From: Corallochytrium limacisporum Hawaii
Lineage: Eukaryota; Protista; Pluriformea
Length of the DNA: 55,582 bases
Assembly (NCBI GenBank): GCA_002811645.1
Contig: PDIP01000261.1
Span: 1-55,582, forward strand
Reading direction: 5' to 3'
A model generated the notes under the pieces. The model did not search any database, was not told where the DNA came from, and saw only the letters and a program-made list of their open reading frames with translations. Shown in pieces: positions 8,939 to 19,890 of the stretch. The position numbers and the translations under genes were made by a program. The stretch's first letter is position 1; the number at the start of each line of letters is the position of its first letter.

Positions 8939-11260
8939 ATGCCATTGTTAAAGAAAACAGCATGGGCCTTGAAGCCTGAACCCAAAGCATTGGAAGACGG
9001 CGAAGAGCTCTGGGAGATCCGCTTCACCAAAGAAAAGTTCCGAATCTATGAAGACTACCTGAAGCGGTGGGATCAATATCGTCAGCGCCAGTGGACCTGT
9101 GCTACTTCGGGTCGGACAAACTTGACCTATGAAGAGGCTCTAGAGAGTGAACGGGTCGCGTCCGAAAAAATCAAGGCCAAATTTCCGGAATGGGCCATAA
9201 AGCCCTCGTTGCAAGCTGCGCACCATGACACGCGAAAGTTTGAGAAAATCGTAGACACGATCTTTCAGGACTTCAAAGCGCACCCCATCCCCGGAGAAAC
9301 CCTCGGATACAGTGAAGACCCTGATGATCCAGACATGGAACTAGTCACCATGGTAGAGATTGTCTCCCGTCCTGCGAAGAAGCTCCCAGCAAAGAACGAG
9401 AGTGGAGATCAGCAGCTGAACGGCGACACTGCCACAGCCAACGGAAGTAGTGTGCTTCAGGAAGCGACGTACAAGGTAGAACGCTCTAATGATCTAGGAA
9501 CTCTGACAATTAAGGAGAGTGCAGCCATTCGCTACAAACTGCCGTTTACGAAGGATGTCCTCCGAAATCTACTGCGGGATGTGTCAAGTCGGCCAGGGTT
9601 TCCGAACTCGCCTCTGTTGATCAACAAGGAACTTGTGGATAAACATGGCATTCAAGGAAAGCTGAGCAAGGACGAACTGGCTAAATGTGAAGAATACCTG
9701 GAGCGTACCCGTAGGAAGGAAATTGCCATCCAAAACAAACTCTTGGGCATTAAACACAAACGCACGGAGGAAGATGAGGAAGCCGAGGGTAAGGTTCGCA
9801 AACGGATACGAAAGGAGAAGAAGCTGAGGGAAAAGAGGAAGAAGGTTAAGGAGGAGAAGATCAAGTTTCCGATCGAGGACAGAGACATCCCGGCCAAACA
9901 TCAGTTGGACACGAAGCCACCGGAGGCCAGTTCCATTCCCACAGAGCTGCCTCCGGAGCTCTTTGGTCTGGCTCTCTCCCTCTGGGACTTCATCAACAAT
10001 TACTCTGAAGTGCTTATGCTCAAGCAGTTCAGCTGGGAATTCTTTGAGAGTGCCGTTTGCTATGTTGATCCTAAGGATCAGACTTGTTCTTTGCTGCGAG
10101 AAGTGATTAAATCACTGCTGGATGAAATCTATGACGCATTGCCCAAAGCAGCATTCAGTCTGGAAGGCGAAGAACGGGACGAGGATGATCCTCCTGTAGT
10201 CACGCGCAACCTGGCCCACATTGACGAGGTCGAGGACTGTCTGCGTGAATTGTTGGTGTATATTGATGACGATGAGGATCAGCACATTGGGCTCCGCAAC
10301 ATGAAATACGTGGTCAACTACATGAAGGAACCTACAATGGTCTTTGGCACGATGTCCGCGGAGGCCAAGTTAGAGCTGCTAAATTACCTAAGCAGCGAAG
10401 CCATGAAATCTCCGGACATGCGTGAGTTTGCTGAACAGTGCCACGCCGATCTGCGAAAGCTGAGGACAGCACACAGGTCACAGAGGCGCAAGTTTATCAA
10501 TAAGGTAAAGGGTTTCGAGCGTGACCGTAAAAAGAAGATCAAAGAAATGAAAGCTGAAGATGAGGAGGACGAGGAGGAGGAGGAAGAAGAAGAAGAGATC
10601 GAAGAACAGGAAGAGCAGGAGCCCGAGGACGAGGAGGAGGCAGAGAGACTTCACTTAGCCAAGCGCGCAGCTATTGTGGGACTGCCGTCGCCGCCGAAGA
10701 AACAGGATGGACCCAAGGGCCGCCGTGCGTTAGTAGAATACCGTCGCAAATTGCAAGAGGCTGAGGATAATGCCAGGGCGGAGGAACTCAAGAAACAACA
10801 GGAAAAGCAGACCAATCGCTCTCGACAGCAGCGTGAGATGCTGGACGAGAAGAAAAAAATTGACGCCGACCGGGCGGAGCAGACAAAAAAGGAGGAAGAG
10901 TTCATGATCAATTCGAACAAGTTACACATCTGGCGGCGGGAACCGCTGGGCTACGATCGGGACCACAAAGCTTACTGGTTCTTTACAGATTGTTCCTACC
11001 GTATCTTCGTTGAAGACAAGGAGCGGAACGAATGGAAGCAGCTCGACTGCCCGAAAGATGTGCAGGACCTGCTTGCGTGGTTGAATCCTAAGGGCTTGCG
11101 AGAACTGCCCTTACGCCGTAATGTTAACAAGCTGCAGTATCACATCATGGGAGAGATGGAGAAGGAAATGAAGTCTCTAAAGGAAGAAGCACGACGTAGT
11201 TCACGTATCCAAAAGATGGGATCCTTCCTCCAGTACGTCAACACTCTTCGGCAAGATTGA
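8939..11260 (+). CDS. ISWI accessory subunit ACF1/BAZ1A/Itc1-like (WAC-DDT-WHIM/WSD, no PHD or bromodomain)
   Basis: WAC domain (MPLL...IRFTKEKFRIYEDYLKR...QRQWTCATSGRTNLTYEEALESE), FPIED, DDT (LWDFINNYSEVLML) and WSD (PLGYDRDHKAYWFF...LLAWLNPKGLRELPL). Confidence 0.88.
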   Translation: MPLLKKTAWALKPEPKALEDGEELWEIRFTKEKFRIYEDYLKRWDQYRQRQWTCATSGRTNLTYEEALESERVASEKIKAKFPEWAIKPSLQAAHHDTRKFEKIVDTIFQDFKAHPIPGETLGYSEDPDDPDMELVTMVEIVSRPAKKLPAKNESGDQQLNGDTATANGSSVLQEATYKVERSNDLGTLTIKESAAIRYKLPFTKDVLRNLLRDVSSRPGFPNSPLLINKELVDKHGIQGKLSKDELAKCEEYLERTRRKEIAIQNKLLGIKHKRTEEDEEAEGKVRKRIRKEKKLREKRKKVKEEKIKFPIEDRDIPAKHQLDTKPPEASSIPTELPPELFGLALSLWDFINNYSEVLMLKQFSWEFFESAVCYVDPKDQTCSLLREVIKSLLDEIYDALPKAAFSLEGEERDEDDPPVVTRNLAHIDEVEDCLRELLVYIDDDEDQHIGLRNMKYVVNYMKEPTMVFGTMSAEAKLELLNYLSSEAMKSPDMREFAEQCHADLRKLRTAHRSQRRKFINKVKGFERDRKKKIKEMKAEDEEDEEEEEEEEEIEEQEEQEPEDEEEAERLHLAKRAAIVGLPSPPKKQDGPKGRRALVEYRRKLQEAEDNARAEELKKQQEKQTNRSRQQREMLDEKKKIDADRAEQTKKEEEFMINSNKLHIWRREPLGYDRDHKAYWFFTDCSYRIFVEDKERNEWKQLDCPKDVQDLLAWLNPKGLRELPLRRNVNKLQYHIMGEMEKEMKSLKEEARRSSRIQKMGSFLQYVNTLRQD

Positions 11261-11344
11261 CATGTTTTGCACTCTATGTGCATCAGGAAACTTAGAATGA
11301 CAGAAGTATGTATTCATGTAGAAATCAGAAGACTATTATATAAA

Positions 11345-12838
11345 CTACGAGCCCTCCCAGCGGGCATGTTCAATCCAAGCTTTGGCCTCCTCACTCACGT
11401 CCAGATGATCCATCTCCATTCCTGCATTAGTTTCGGTACTGATGACATTCTTGGCCTGTACGTAGAGATTGGCTGTGCGAAAGACATCGTAACGTCGCTC
11501 CAGGTCCTCAATCCACGGGTCAAGGGTCCGACGCATCTGATCATGGGTCATGCATAGTGATACAGTGAGGTACTTAGTCTGGTTCTCATCCAGGTTTTCA
11601 ATATGACGAGCCAGTCCTCCATTGTACTCCAAATCCATGACTTCCTTTTCAGGGAAACTGCTCTCAGGAACCTTCAAACGGTAGAAAGGCGTGAGGTAGT
11701 CTCCATGCCAGTGAACATGGGGCCCATCGATCACAGCCTGTAAGGGAGCCTGCTGTTCACTGCCATTCGTCGAATTCTCACAAAGTAGATTCATTAATTT
11801 CTGTTGGTAGAGGACCCCTCCGAACCATTCCACCGGTTCCTTGGACTCCGCCTCTCCGTTATCTCCGTGGTGTAGCTCAGTAGCCGCATCGTCTGGTTCA
11901 ATCTGTGCTGCCTCTTCCGTCTTTCGGCACTCTTCCTCTTCAACCCTTTGCCTCAGCGGGTTCATGTCTAACTCCAGCACCTCTGACTCCAGTTTCTCAT
12001 TCTTTAGGTTTCGCAAGGCTCCTAAGTGAATCTCCTTCTGGGTTGCTCCCTTGGCAACGTTCGCAGGCCGAGGGTTCTGTACCTTCGTGAACCAATATTT
12101 CATGTATGTTGCTTTCCATAGGGGTTCACTACTGCGTCCGAATGTCCGGAGAATCAGTTCTGCTGTACTCCATTCCGGGACCACTCCGGTCTCTTCCATA
12201 TCACATAGCAATTCTAAAGTACTGTCTACCTCTTCACTCTGCTGCGGCCAAATGGCATCCATTAGACCTCGTGTAACATACCGTCCCTTAGGCAAGACGT
12301 CCATCAGGGTCTCGTACATTTCCAGATCCTTCTCAATCCCTGACTCGTTTATCTTGGTCAAAGCAGCATTCATAAAATCGATATTACCGCGCTGGAATGC
12401 GCCGTCCTTGTAAATCCTCAGAAATTGTTTCATACGCGCCGGGTTCTTCTCCGAAGCTACGACATTCAGCGCCTCCAGGGCCCCACTCTCTGTGGGCGTG
12501 GTGTAGATGAAGCGACCGCCACCTGGTCCCAAGCCCTCCTCGCCCAATTCCTTTTCGCGGGGTTTTAGTCCCATAGAATCCAGGAAGTGCACCAGTAGAG
12601 GCTTACGTGACTCTTTTGGCTGCTGTGGCTGCGGCTCGCCGACGGCCTTCTGTTGATGATCCTCGATCGATAGTTCATTTCTATTTCTGTTGTTGCTCTT
12701 CTTGGGCACGTCCGGTGCCGGCTGTGCCTTGAGCTGTCCCGCGGTAATTCTAACATACCGAGTAGAGCCAAGTTTAATCTGAGAAACCACGGTCATGCGC
12801 CCATTCCATGCGCACGCACGCGCCACTGTGTGCAGCAT
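11345..12838 (-). CDS. ECSIT: ECSIT (mitochondrial complex I assembly, MCIA complex)
   Basis: RGNIDFMNAALTKINESGIEKDLEMYETLMDVLPKG...LCDMEETGVVP...FGRSSEP...YWF parallels the ECSIT core ([35 protein letters not shown]...MENHGVMP...FGRKSYP). VIDGPHVHW matches the C-terminal domain. First ATG is at 12838. Confidence 0.88.
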   Translation of the reverse strand: MLHTVARACAWNGRMTVVSQIKLGSTRYVRITAGQLKAQPAPDVPKKSNNRNRNELSIEDHQQKAVGEPQPQQPKESRKPLLVHFLDSMGLKPREKELGEEGLGPGGGRFIYTTPTESGALEALNVVASEKNPARMKQFLRIYKDGAFQRGNIDFMNAALTKINESGIEKDLEMYETLMDVLPKGRYVTRGLMDAIWPQQSEEVDSTLELLCDMEETGVVPEWSTAELILRTFGRSSEPLWKATYMKYWFTKVQNPRPANVAKGATQKEIHLGALRNLKNEKLESEVLELDMNPLRQRVEEEECRKTEEAAQIEPDDAATELHHGDNGEAESKEPVEWFGGVLYQQKLMNLLCENSTNGSEQQAPLQAVIDGPHVHWHGDYLTPFYRLKVPESSFPEKEVMDLEYNGGLARHIENLDENQTKYLTVSLCMTHDQMRRTLDPWIEDLERRYDVFRTANLYVQAKNVISTETNAGMEMDHLDVSEEAKAWIEHARWEGS

Positions 12839-13670
12839 GGCTAGGTGAAATAGTGGTGGTTGTCCGTCTATTTTTTCATCATTCAATGCTTGGATCAATC
12901 TTATGAGCAGAACTTTTTTGTCCGTAACAAATGTGACGCTATGAGCTTATCTAAATCAGAGCTACAGCCTATTTCGAAGTACCTCCATCGCTTCCTTTCC
13001 CAAAACGTTGTCAAATTGGGTCCCATGGAGGCTGGATGGAAGACGGGAGCAACCGGAGGCGGCTGACTTAGCCGAGCGCTTAGCAGACCTCGTTGGCCCA
13101 TTAGTTTGGATTCCCCGTCTCCCCTCGTTCCCTCCATTGAGCAGGCTTTTGCCTCTAATTTCCTCTACGTTGACTTGTATGCTGCAAAGTGTTACTCGCT
13201 GGCGAATGGGGTCCAGAGCCTCAGAAGCACATTAGAAACCTCACAGATGTCAGTATGTCATTTCGAAACCGTGGTTATTAGCGGGAAACGGTGCAAAGCA
13301 CATTATGTTCTAGTATATCTACTATAATGATATCCCCGGTCAGCGTCGGGACGGTTCCCTTGCCAGATCGGTCTGGATTGGTCGGGTGCTCGGTTTCCAG
13401 AAACACAATTCCGCCTTCAATATTCATATTCCTCTGCTGACGTAAACCACGAATAGAAAATTTTCCTGTTGTGAACAACCTATTTCAAATGATTCGGACT
13501 AAACAAAGCAATTTCGTTCGCAGCCTCTATCACCCTTGTTCAACGATTGACTCAAGGAAGCCAGGACTTGCAACAAGAAAATCACTTTGGCAATTTATGA
13601 AAGCATGTAGTACACTTTGTGAATTGGTATCGACATGGACAATTCATTTAAGTGTGAAAATATTAGATAG

Positions 13671-15548
13671 ATGAACATGGTTGCTCGTGAAGCCCTTGTA
13701 GCATATGGCATGGCCATAGGGTTCGGTGTAGCTTGGTACTATACGTATACTCAACTGAAGTCCGCTCGAGCCGATAAATCTTATTTCCTGGACGAAAGTC
13801 AGGAAGAGCAAGAACTTCGGAAAATTGCAGATCGCAGTGATTCAGAGGATGGAAATCTAGAAGAAACTGAGAACAATGAACTATCGCATTTGAATTTCAA
13901 CAATGGACGATACAGCGGTCGGGTAGAAGTGTCGTCTTCGCAAGAGCCAGCAACCGTGCGCCGACGAGGCAGCTCTCGACGGGTCTATGGATCGTTTTCC
14001 CGACAAGGCACTGGTAGTATCCGAGACACTGATGAGGCACCTCTACGGGACTCCGTGGCATCGGCTGGACCAGACCCGGGTGGAAGTTTGGTTGGTGATT
14101 TCCTGCATGCTGCCAGTGCGACACCGAGCCACGAGGATGTCCGTGCCCATGAATCAGGCCTGTTATACCAAAGTGTAGAGCTGCCGGACATTGAGGAAGA
14201 GGCAGGTAGTGGGCAGCCCCCAATGCGGCGAGCACAGTCTGGCAGATCCGCACGGCCAAACGATAGTAACGAGAGTTCTCGCAACGTAAACAATGCCACG
14301 GGACAGCAGGTCCAGGAAACATCGGTCAGTCGGGAGGGCAGCACAAGTCTGAGGCGACAGAATGGACACCGTCGTAGTTCCTCTGGATCGGCCATTGCAC
14401 ATAGCAATGCCTCTTTGAATATGTCGAATACGCCCAGTGGTGCACAGGTGGACTTTCCTGCCGAATTGGCCCCGTTTCTTAACCCTTTAGCAGGATTGCG
14501 GCCCAAACCGCATACTGAGTACGGTAGTAACAATCTAATGGCTCTGCTCTACCGCATAGCTGAAGACCAGGCCCGTAAAGAAGGCGTAGTGCACCGTGGA
14601 ATTACCTGTAATTTGTGCAGTGCCAGTCCCATCCGTGGCATTCGATACAAATGCAGCAATTGCGTCGATTTCGATCTCTGTGAGGCATGTGAGGCAGAGG
14701 CCCCGGAACACCACGTTCCAACGCATTTATTCCTCAAGATTCGCATTCCCATCCCTCCTCTTGCCAACCCACGCAGTTCCTTGCTCAATGTCTTCTACCC
14801 CGGAACAAACACAGCCAATCACGATCCCGTCACATCCGAAGATATGAAGTCTCTGGTGTCAACCACGCACTTTGACCCCGTGGACATTGATGCCCTCTAC
14901 GAAGAGTACAAGTCTCTGAGTACGGTGGATGGGGGTAAAGGTGGTATCAGCCGTGATACCTTTGAACGATGTCTGGGTCCTCTCGGTGTGGAGAAGAATT
15001 TGGTAACAGATAGGATCTTCATGTTCTTTGACCAGGACAGTGACAACATCATTGACTTCCCTGAATTTGTGGCTGGACTGAGTGTATTGTGCCGTGGGAC
15101 CTACGAAGAGAAGATCAAACATGCGTTCCGGGGCTATGATTTGGGCAATACTGGATACATCACAAGGGATGACCTGCATCGTATGTATAAGGCCTATTTT
15201 TACCTATCAATGGAGTTGGTGCGAGATGTGGTAAAGGCTCTTGAGGAAGAGATGATGGTATCGTTCGATGATGAGGATGGCAAACCGGTTAGTGCAGCGT
15301 TCACAGCCCCCATTCCCCGTGAAAGCAGCTCATTCACCAACGTGAAGGCCACCGGCGAAGATGACAAGCCAATGTGGCCGGTCATGGAAGCGATGTCACA
15401 GGATGCCATCGAAGAGATGGTCGACAATGCCTTTAAGCACGCGGACGTTAATGGAGACGGTATGATTGACTACGAAGAATTCAAGGCATGGGCTGTCACG
15501 GATGCGACTATGGTTGCGTGGTTTGAAGCCCTGGGCACCGTGTTCTAA
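13671..15548 (+). CDS. Membrane-anchored ZZ zinc-finger plus NCS/calcineurin-B-like EF-hand protein
   Basis: N-terminal hydrophobic helix, ZZ finger (HRGITCNLC...RYKCSNCVDFDLCEACE...H) and EF loops DQDSDNIIDFPEF, DLGNTGYITRDDL and DVNGDGMIDYEEF. Confidence 0.88.
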   Translation: MNMVAREALVAYGMAIGFGVAWYYTYTQLKSARADKSYFLDESQEEQELRKIADRSDSEDGNLEETENNELSHLNFNNGRYSGRVEVSSSQEPATVRRRGSSRRVYGSFSRQGTGSIRDTDEAPLRDSVASAGPDPGGSLVGDFLHAASATPSHEDVRAHESGLLYQSVELPDIEEEAGSGQPPMRRAQSGRSARPNDSNESSRNVNNATGQQVQETSVSREGSTSLRRQNGHRRSSSGSAIAHSNASLNMSNTPSGAQVDFPAELAPFLNPLAGLRPKPHTEYGSNNLMALLYRIAEDQARKEGVVHRGITCNLCSASPIRGIRYKCSNCVDFDLCEACEAEAPEHHVPTHLFLKIRIPIPPLANPRSSLLNVFYPGTNTANHDPVTSEDMKSLVSTTHFDPVDIDALYEEYKSLSTVDGGKGGISRDTFERCLGPLGVEKNLVTDRIFMFFDQDSDNIIDFPEFVAGLSVLCRGTYEEKIKHAFRGYDLGNTGYITRDDLHRMYKAYFYLSMELVRDVVKALEEEMMVSFDDEDGKPVSAAFTAPIPRESSSFTNVKATGEDDKPMWPVMEAMSQDAIEEMVDNAFKHADVNGDGMIDYEEFKAWAVTDATMVAWFEALGTVF

Positions 15549-15742
15549 AGATGGTACAGGTTACAGGAAAGCCACCAAATTGTCGTGCCCATATCAATAT
15601 ACCTTATTAGACCAAACAAGCTGATTCTGTATAGTGTACACTTTTTAATAGAGTTCAATTCGACCGGGTCGTTCTTGCATTTCTTTCGGATGGTCCAAAA
15701 AGCAATTTCAAAGCAGAGACGTACCGTACATTGTTAGTGGTG

Positions 15743-17122
<1,380 letters not shown>

Positions 17123-18116
17123 CTATAAAAGTAATTCAAGAACAAAAGTGTGTGTTAACAATAGCCACCATCTGCACTCATTTTACCTTCGTTCTAACCT
17201 TTATGTATCTTCAGTATCAAGCTGCTAGAAGGAATCGGCAAACTGGTTCCAATTTCGACTCTGAAACATTCACCATCTCCTGCGGTTGGTATCCTTCCCA
17301 CTAGAGCCCGCAAGTTTGCCCGCCGACCGATGCCGCACGGACTGCGCCATGCGCCGGCAGTGGAGATAGCAGAGGAAAGCACAAAATTTTACCACAGTTC
17401 TCCGGCTCTAGGTTGGAATGGGGAGTCGAAACCGGCGCCCCTCAACTTCCGACACCAGCTACAAGGTGCGTAAGTATAGAAAAAGGCTAACCAGATTTCA
17501 AAGCATGGACTAGAACATCTCCGCAAGTCACCGATAGCGGTGCAAAGACAGAGGCACGGGCGCGACAATGCGGCACCCAAACCAAACGGTGGCTTTCGTT
17601 TTCGGAACCGTTCACTCAATGCCGGTATCCCGAGTGGGGGAGTCGGAAGGGTGGGTTGGACGGGGGGGGGGGGGGCAGTGTTCAGAAAAAGGAGAAGGCG
17701 TCGTGCAGGGGACCATATTGCACAACAGTACTCCACGAAGGCGCAAGAGGTCCGCAGTAGAAAGTAGAAGACACTTTTTACGCCCCTTCTTTATCGTAAT
17801 GCATTTCTTGAGTTCAGAAGAAGTATGCAAATAAAAAACCATTGCAATGCATCCACAATATCCTCAAATGACATTAAGTTATAAATTTCATTTCGTTAAG
17901 AAAAAAATAATGGACAAGGGTTACGGAAAGAACACATATTCAATACATAACAGCAGCAGGATATACTGTATACACACATATACAAGCACCATATCGAATT
18001 CATGACTAGTACGACAGTTACAATCACTACGTTCCGACAGAAGGAGCAGTCCAAGCAAGTCAAGACATACAAATAGCAAAAGCAGTGATTTAGAATTATA
18101 TGAATGGTACATGTCT

Positions 18117-18818
18117 TTATTGAATTCTTGTCTTTCTTAAAATCTGAATTGAATTTAAATTTGCCAATAGTGTGTGTTCGACACTGGACATTGCCTCTCG
18201 CCCATTGAGACATTCAAAAAGGTCTATATCAGGAGAATTTTGTCGTATGTAATTCTCTTCAATATAGCCAAGCTCTGTTTGATGATGTTTCACAACACAT
18301 GAATCGAAATAGCCAGGAGGATCTGAAAGTGGACCATAACGTCTCAATGCCCTCCGATCCCTAGCGACATCCACATCACTGTCAAGAAATATTGCTACTA
18401 AGGCGTATCCTCTTCCTCGTAACTTTTTTCGATGTTTGTGAAGTATTGAAAGACCATGAATCCCTTCAAATGCAATAATGTGTTGTACATGACTCCCTGT
18501 GCTTCGGCATGCGTTACATACAAATTCTGGCCTTTCAATGGTCTCCAGTATTCGAGCCACTATAGCGTCCGAGTCATACTGGGAAGGTTTGTCAAAATCC
18601 ATGATGCCACGTTCAGCAAGGGTCCGCTCTTCAGGAGACAGATTGCGGAAGAACTTATCCTGGTTGTAGATAATAACATGTTTTAGAACGTCCCGTAAAC
18701 CATTGGCTAGTGTTGTTTTCCCTGCACAACTCAGTCCTCCGATCACTACTAACGCGTTGTGTTGGATTTCCCACTGCAGATCCGGGTCGGTGTCAACCTG
18801 TTGAGGAGAACTGTACAT
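18117..18818 (-). CDS. Nicotinamide riboside kinase / uridine-kinase-like P-loop kinase
   Basis: VVIGGLSCAGKTTLA, NQDKFF, IIAFEG and RRY...DPPGYFD (NRK signature DPPGYFD). Confidence 0.8.
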   Translation of the reverse strand: MYSSPQQVDTDPDLQWEIQHNALVVIGGLSCAGKTTLANGLRDVLKHVIIYNQDKFFRNLSPEERTLAERGIMDFDKPSQYDSDAIVARILETIERPEFVCNACRSTGSHVQHIIAFEGIHGLSILHKHRKKLRGRGYALVAIFLDSDVDVARDRRALRRYGPLSDPPGYFDSCVVKHHQTELGYIEENYIRQNSPDIDLFECLNGREAMSSVEHTLLANLNSIQILRKTRIQ

Positions 18819-19890
18819 AGTTCTTCAATTTCAAGACCGGCTGGGCTTACTAATGCCCAGCTTCAAAGCCTTGACTTGCACACAAGGGACTACGACGGTC
18901 CTAAATAATATGCATCCTATCTGGACCTATGGCGCCATGGTCATTCACAATTCGAGCGGTGAATCAGCCCGAGCCCGTTGTGTTCGAGGACTGATTAACA
19001 TTGGGCGTGCTTATACCTGGATAGACATTTAGTGTCAGACCTGCTGACGCGTAGTATGGTGCTACTAAAAGCAGTAGTCTACGATTGCGCATCCAGGCAC
19101 AAATGCCCTAGACTACAATCGACGATGGACGGCCGTGACCTGGGTCGATGCTACCATTTGTGATCGTGTCAACTGTAACCCGAAGTGCTTCCTTCGCTAC
19201 CTCAGAGTCGGACTCTTACCGATGGTAGCGGGTCCGATTGCTGTCCCCCTCCAATTCGCATAACCTTTCTTGTTTGTTGCTGCGACGCCTTCCTCCCATT
19301 TTCTTGTGAAATTGTCCTACTGGAGGCAAAGTTGCTTCCTCTCCTTCGTCCCGTCAGGGGGTTTGGGGGGCGGGACTTGAATGATGCAGGCTTTGGTAAC
19401 CACCGTTCTCATTTCATTATCAATCCGGGATCAGATATTACAGTGCGTATTCCCTGGCTTACAATCTTTTGGGTCCGGGACACTAACATGCAAGAAAGAG
19501 TGTATATCAGAATCTTCGGTCAATGGCTAATTTGTACGCACCCATGAACTGCTGCTGCTCAAAAGCTGGTGTCCACACACTACCATCTACCCCAATTTCG
19601 CCGCAGTTCCAAAGCAAGCCGCAAGCAGTGGATGAGCTTTTGCTCGGAATTCGGTAAAGACGGTGCCGCCCATACATAGGCATTCTCTCGGGCGACCACT
19701 GCCAGCCGCGAGCGGCTATCTCAAGAACTCAGCAGTGGGATCATCCCGTAGGCCATCCCGTAGGACGAGTTGGTGGTTTCTTGCCTGAGTGGTAGAACGG
19801 TTGAGGGGTAGAGTGGCAGGGTCAAACCTACTGGTGCGATATCAATGGCGTCTGATGGAGAGCGCATGAGATGGCAATTACCTCACAGCC

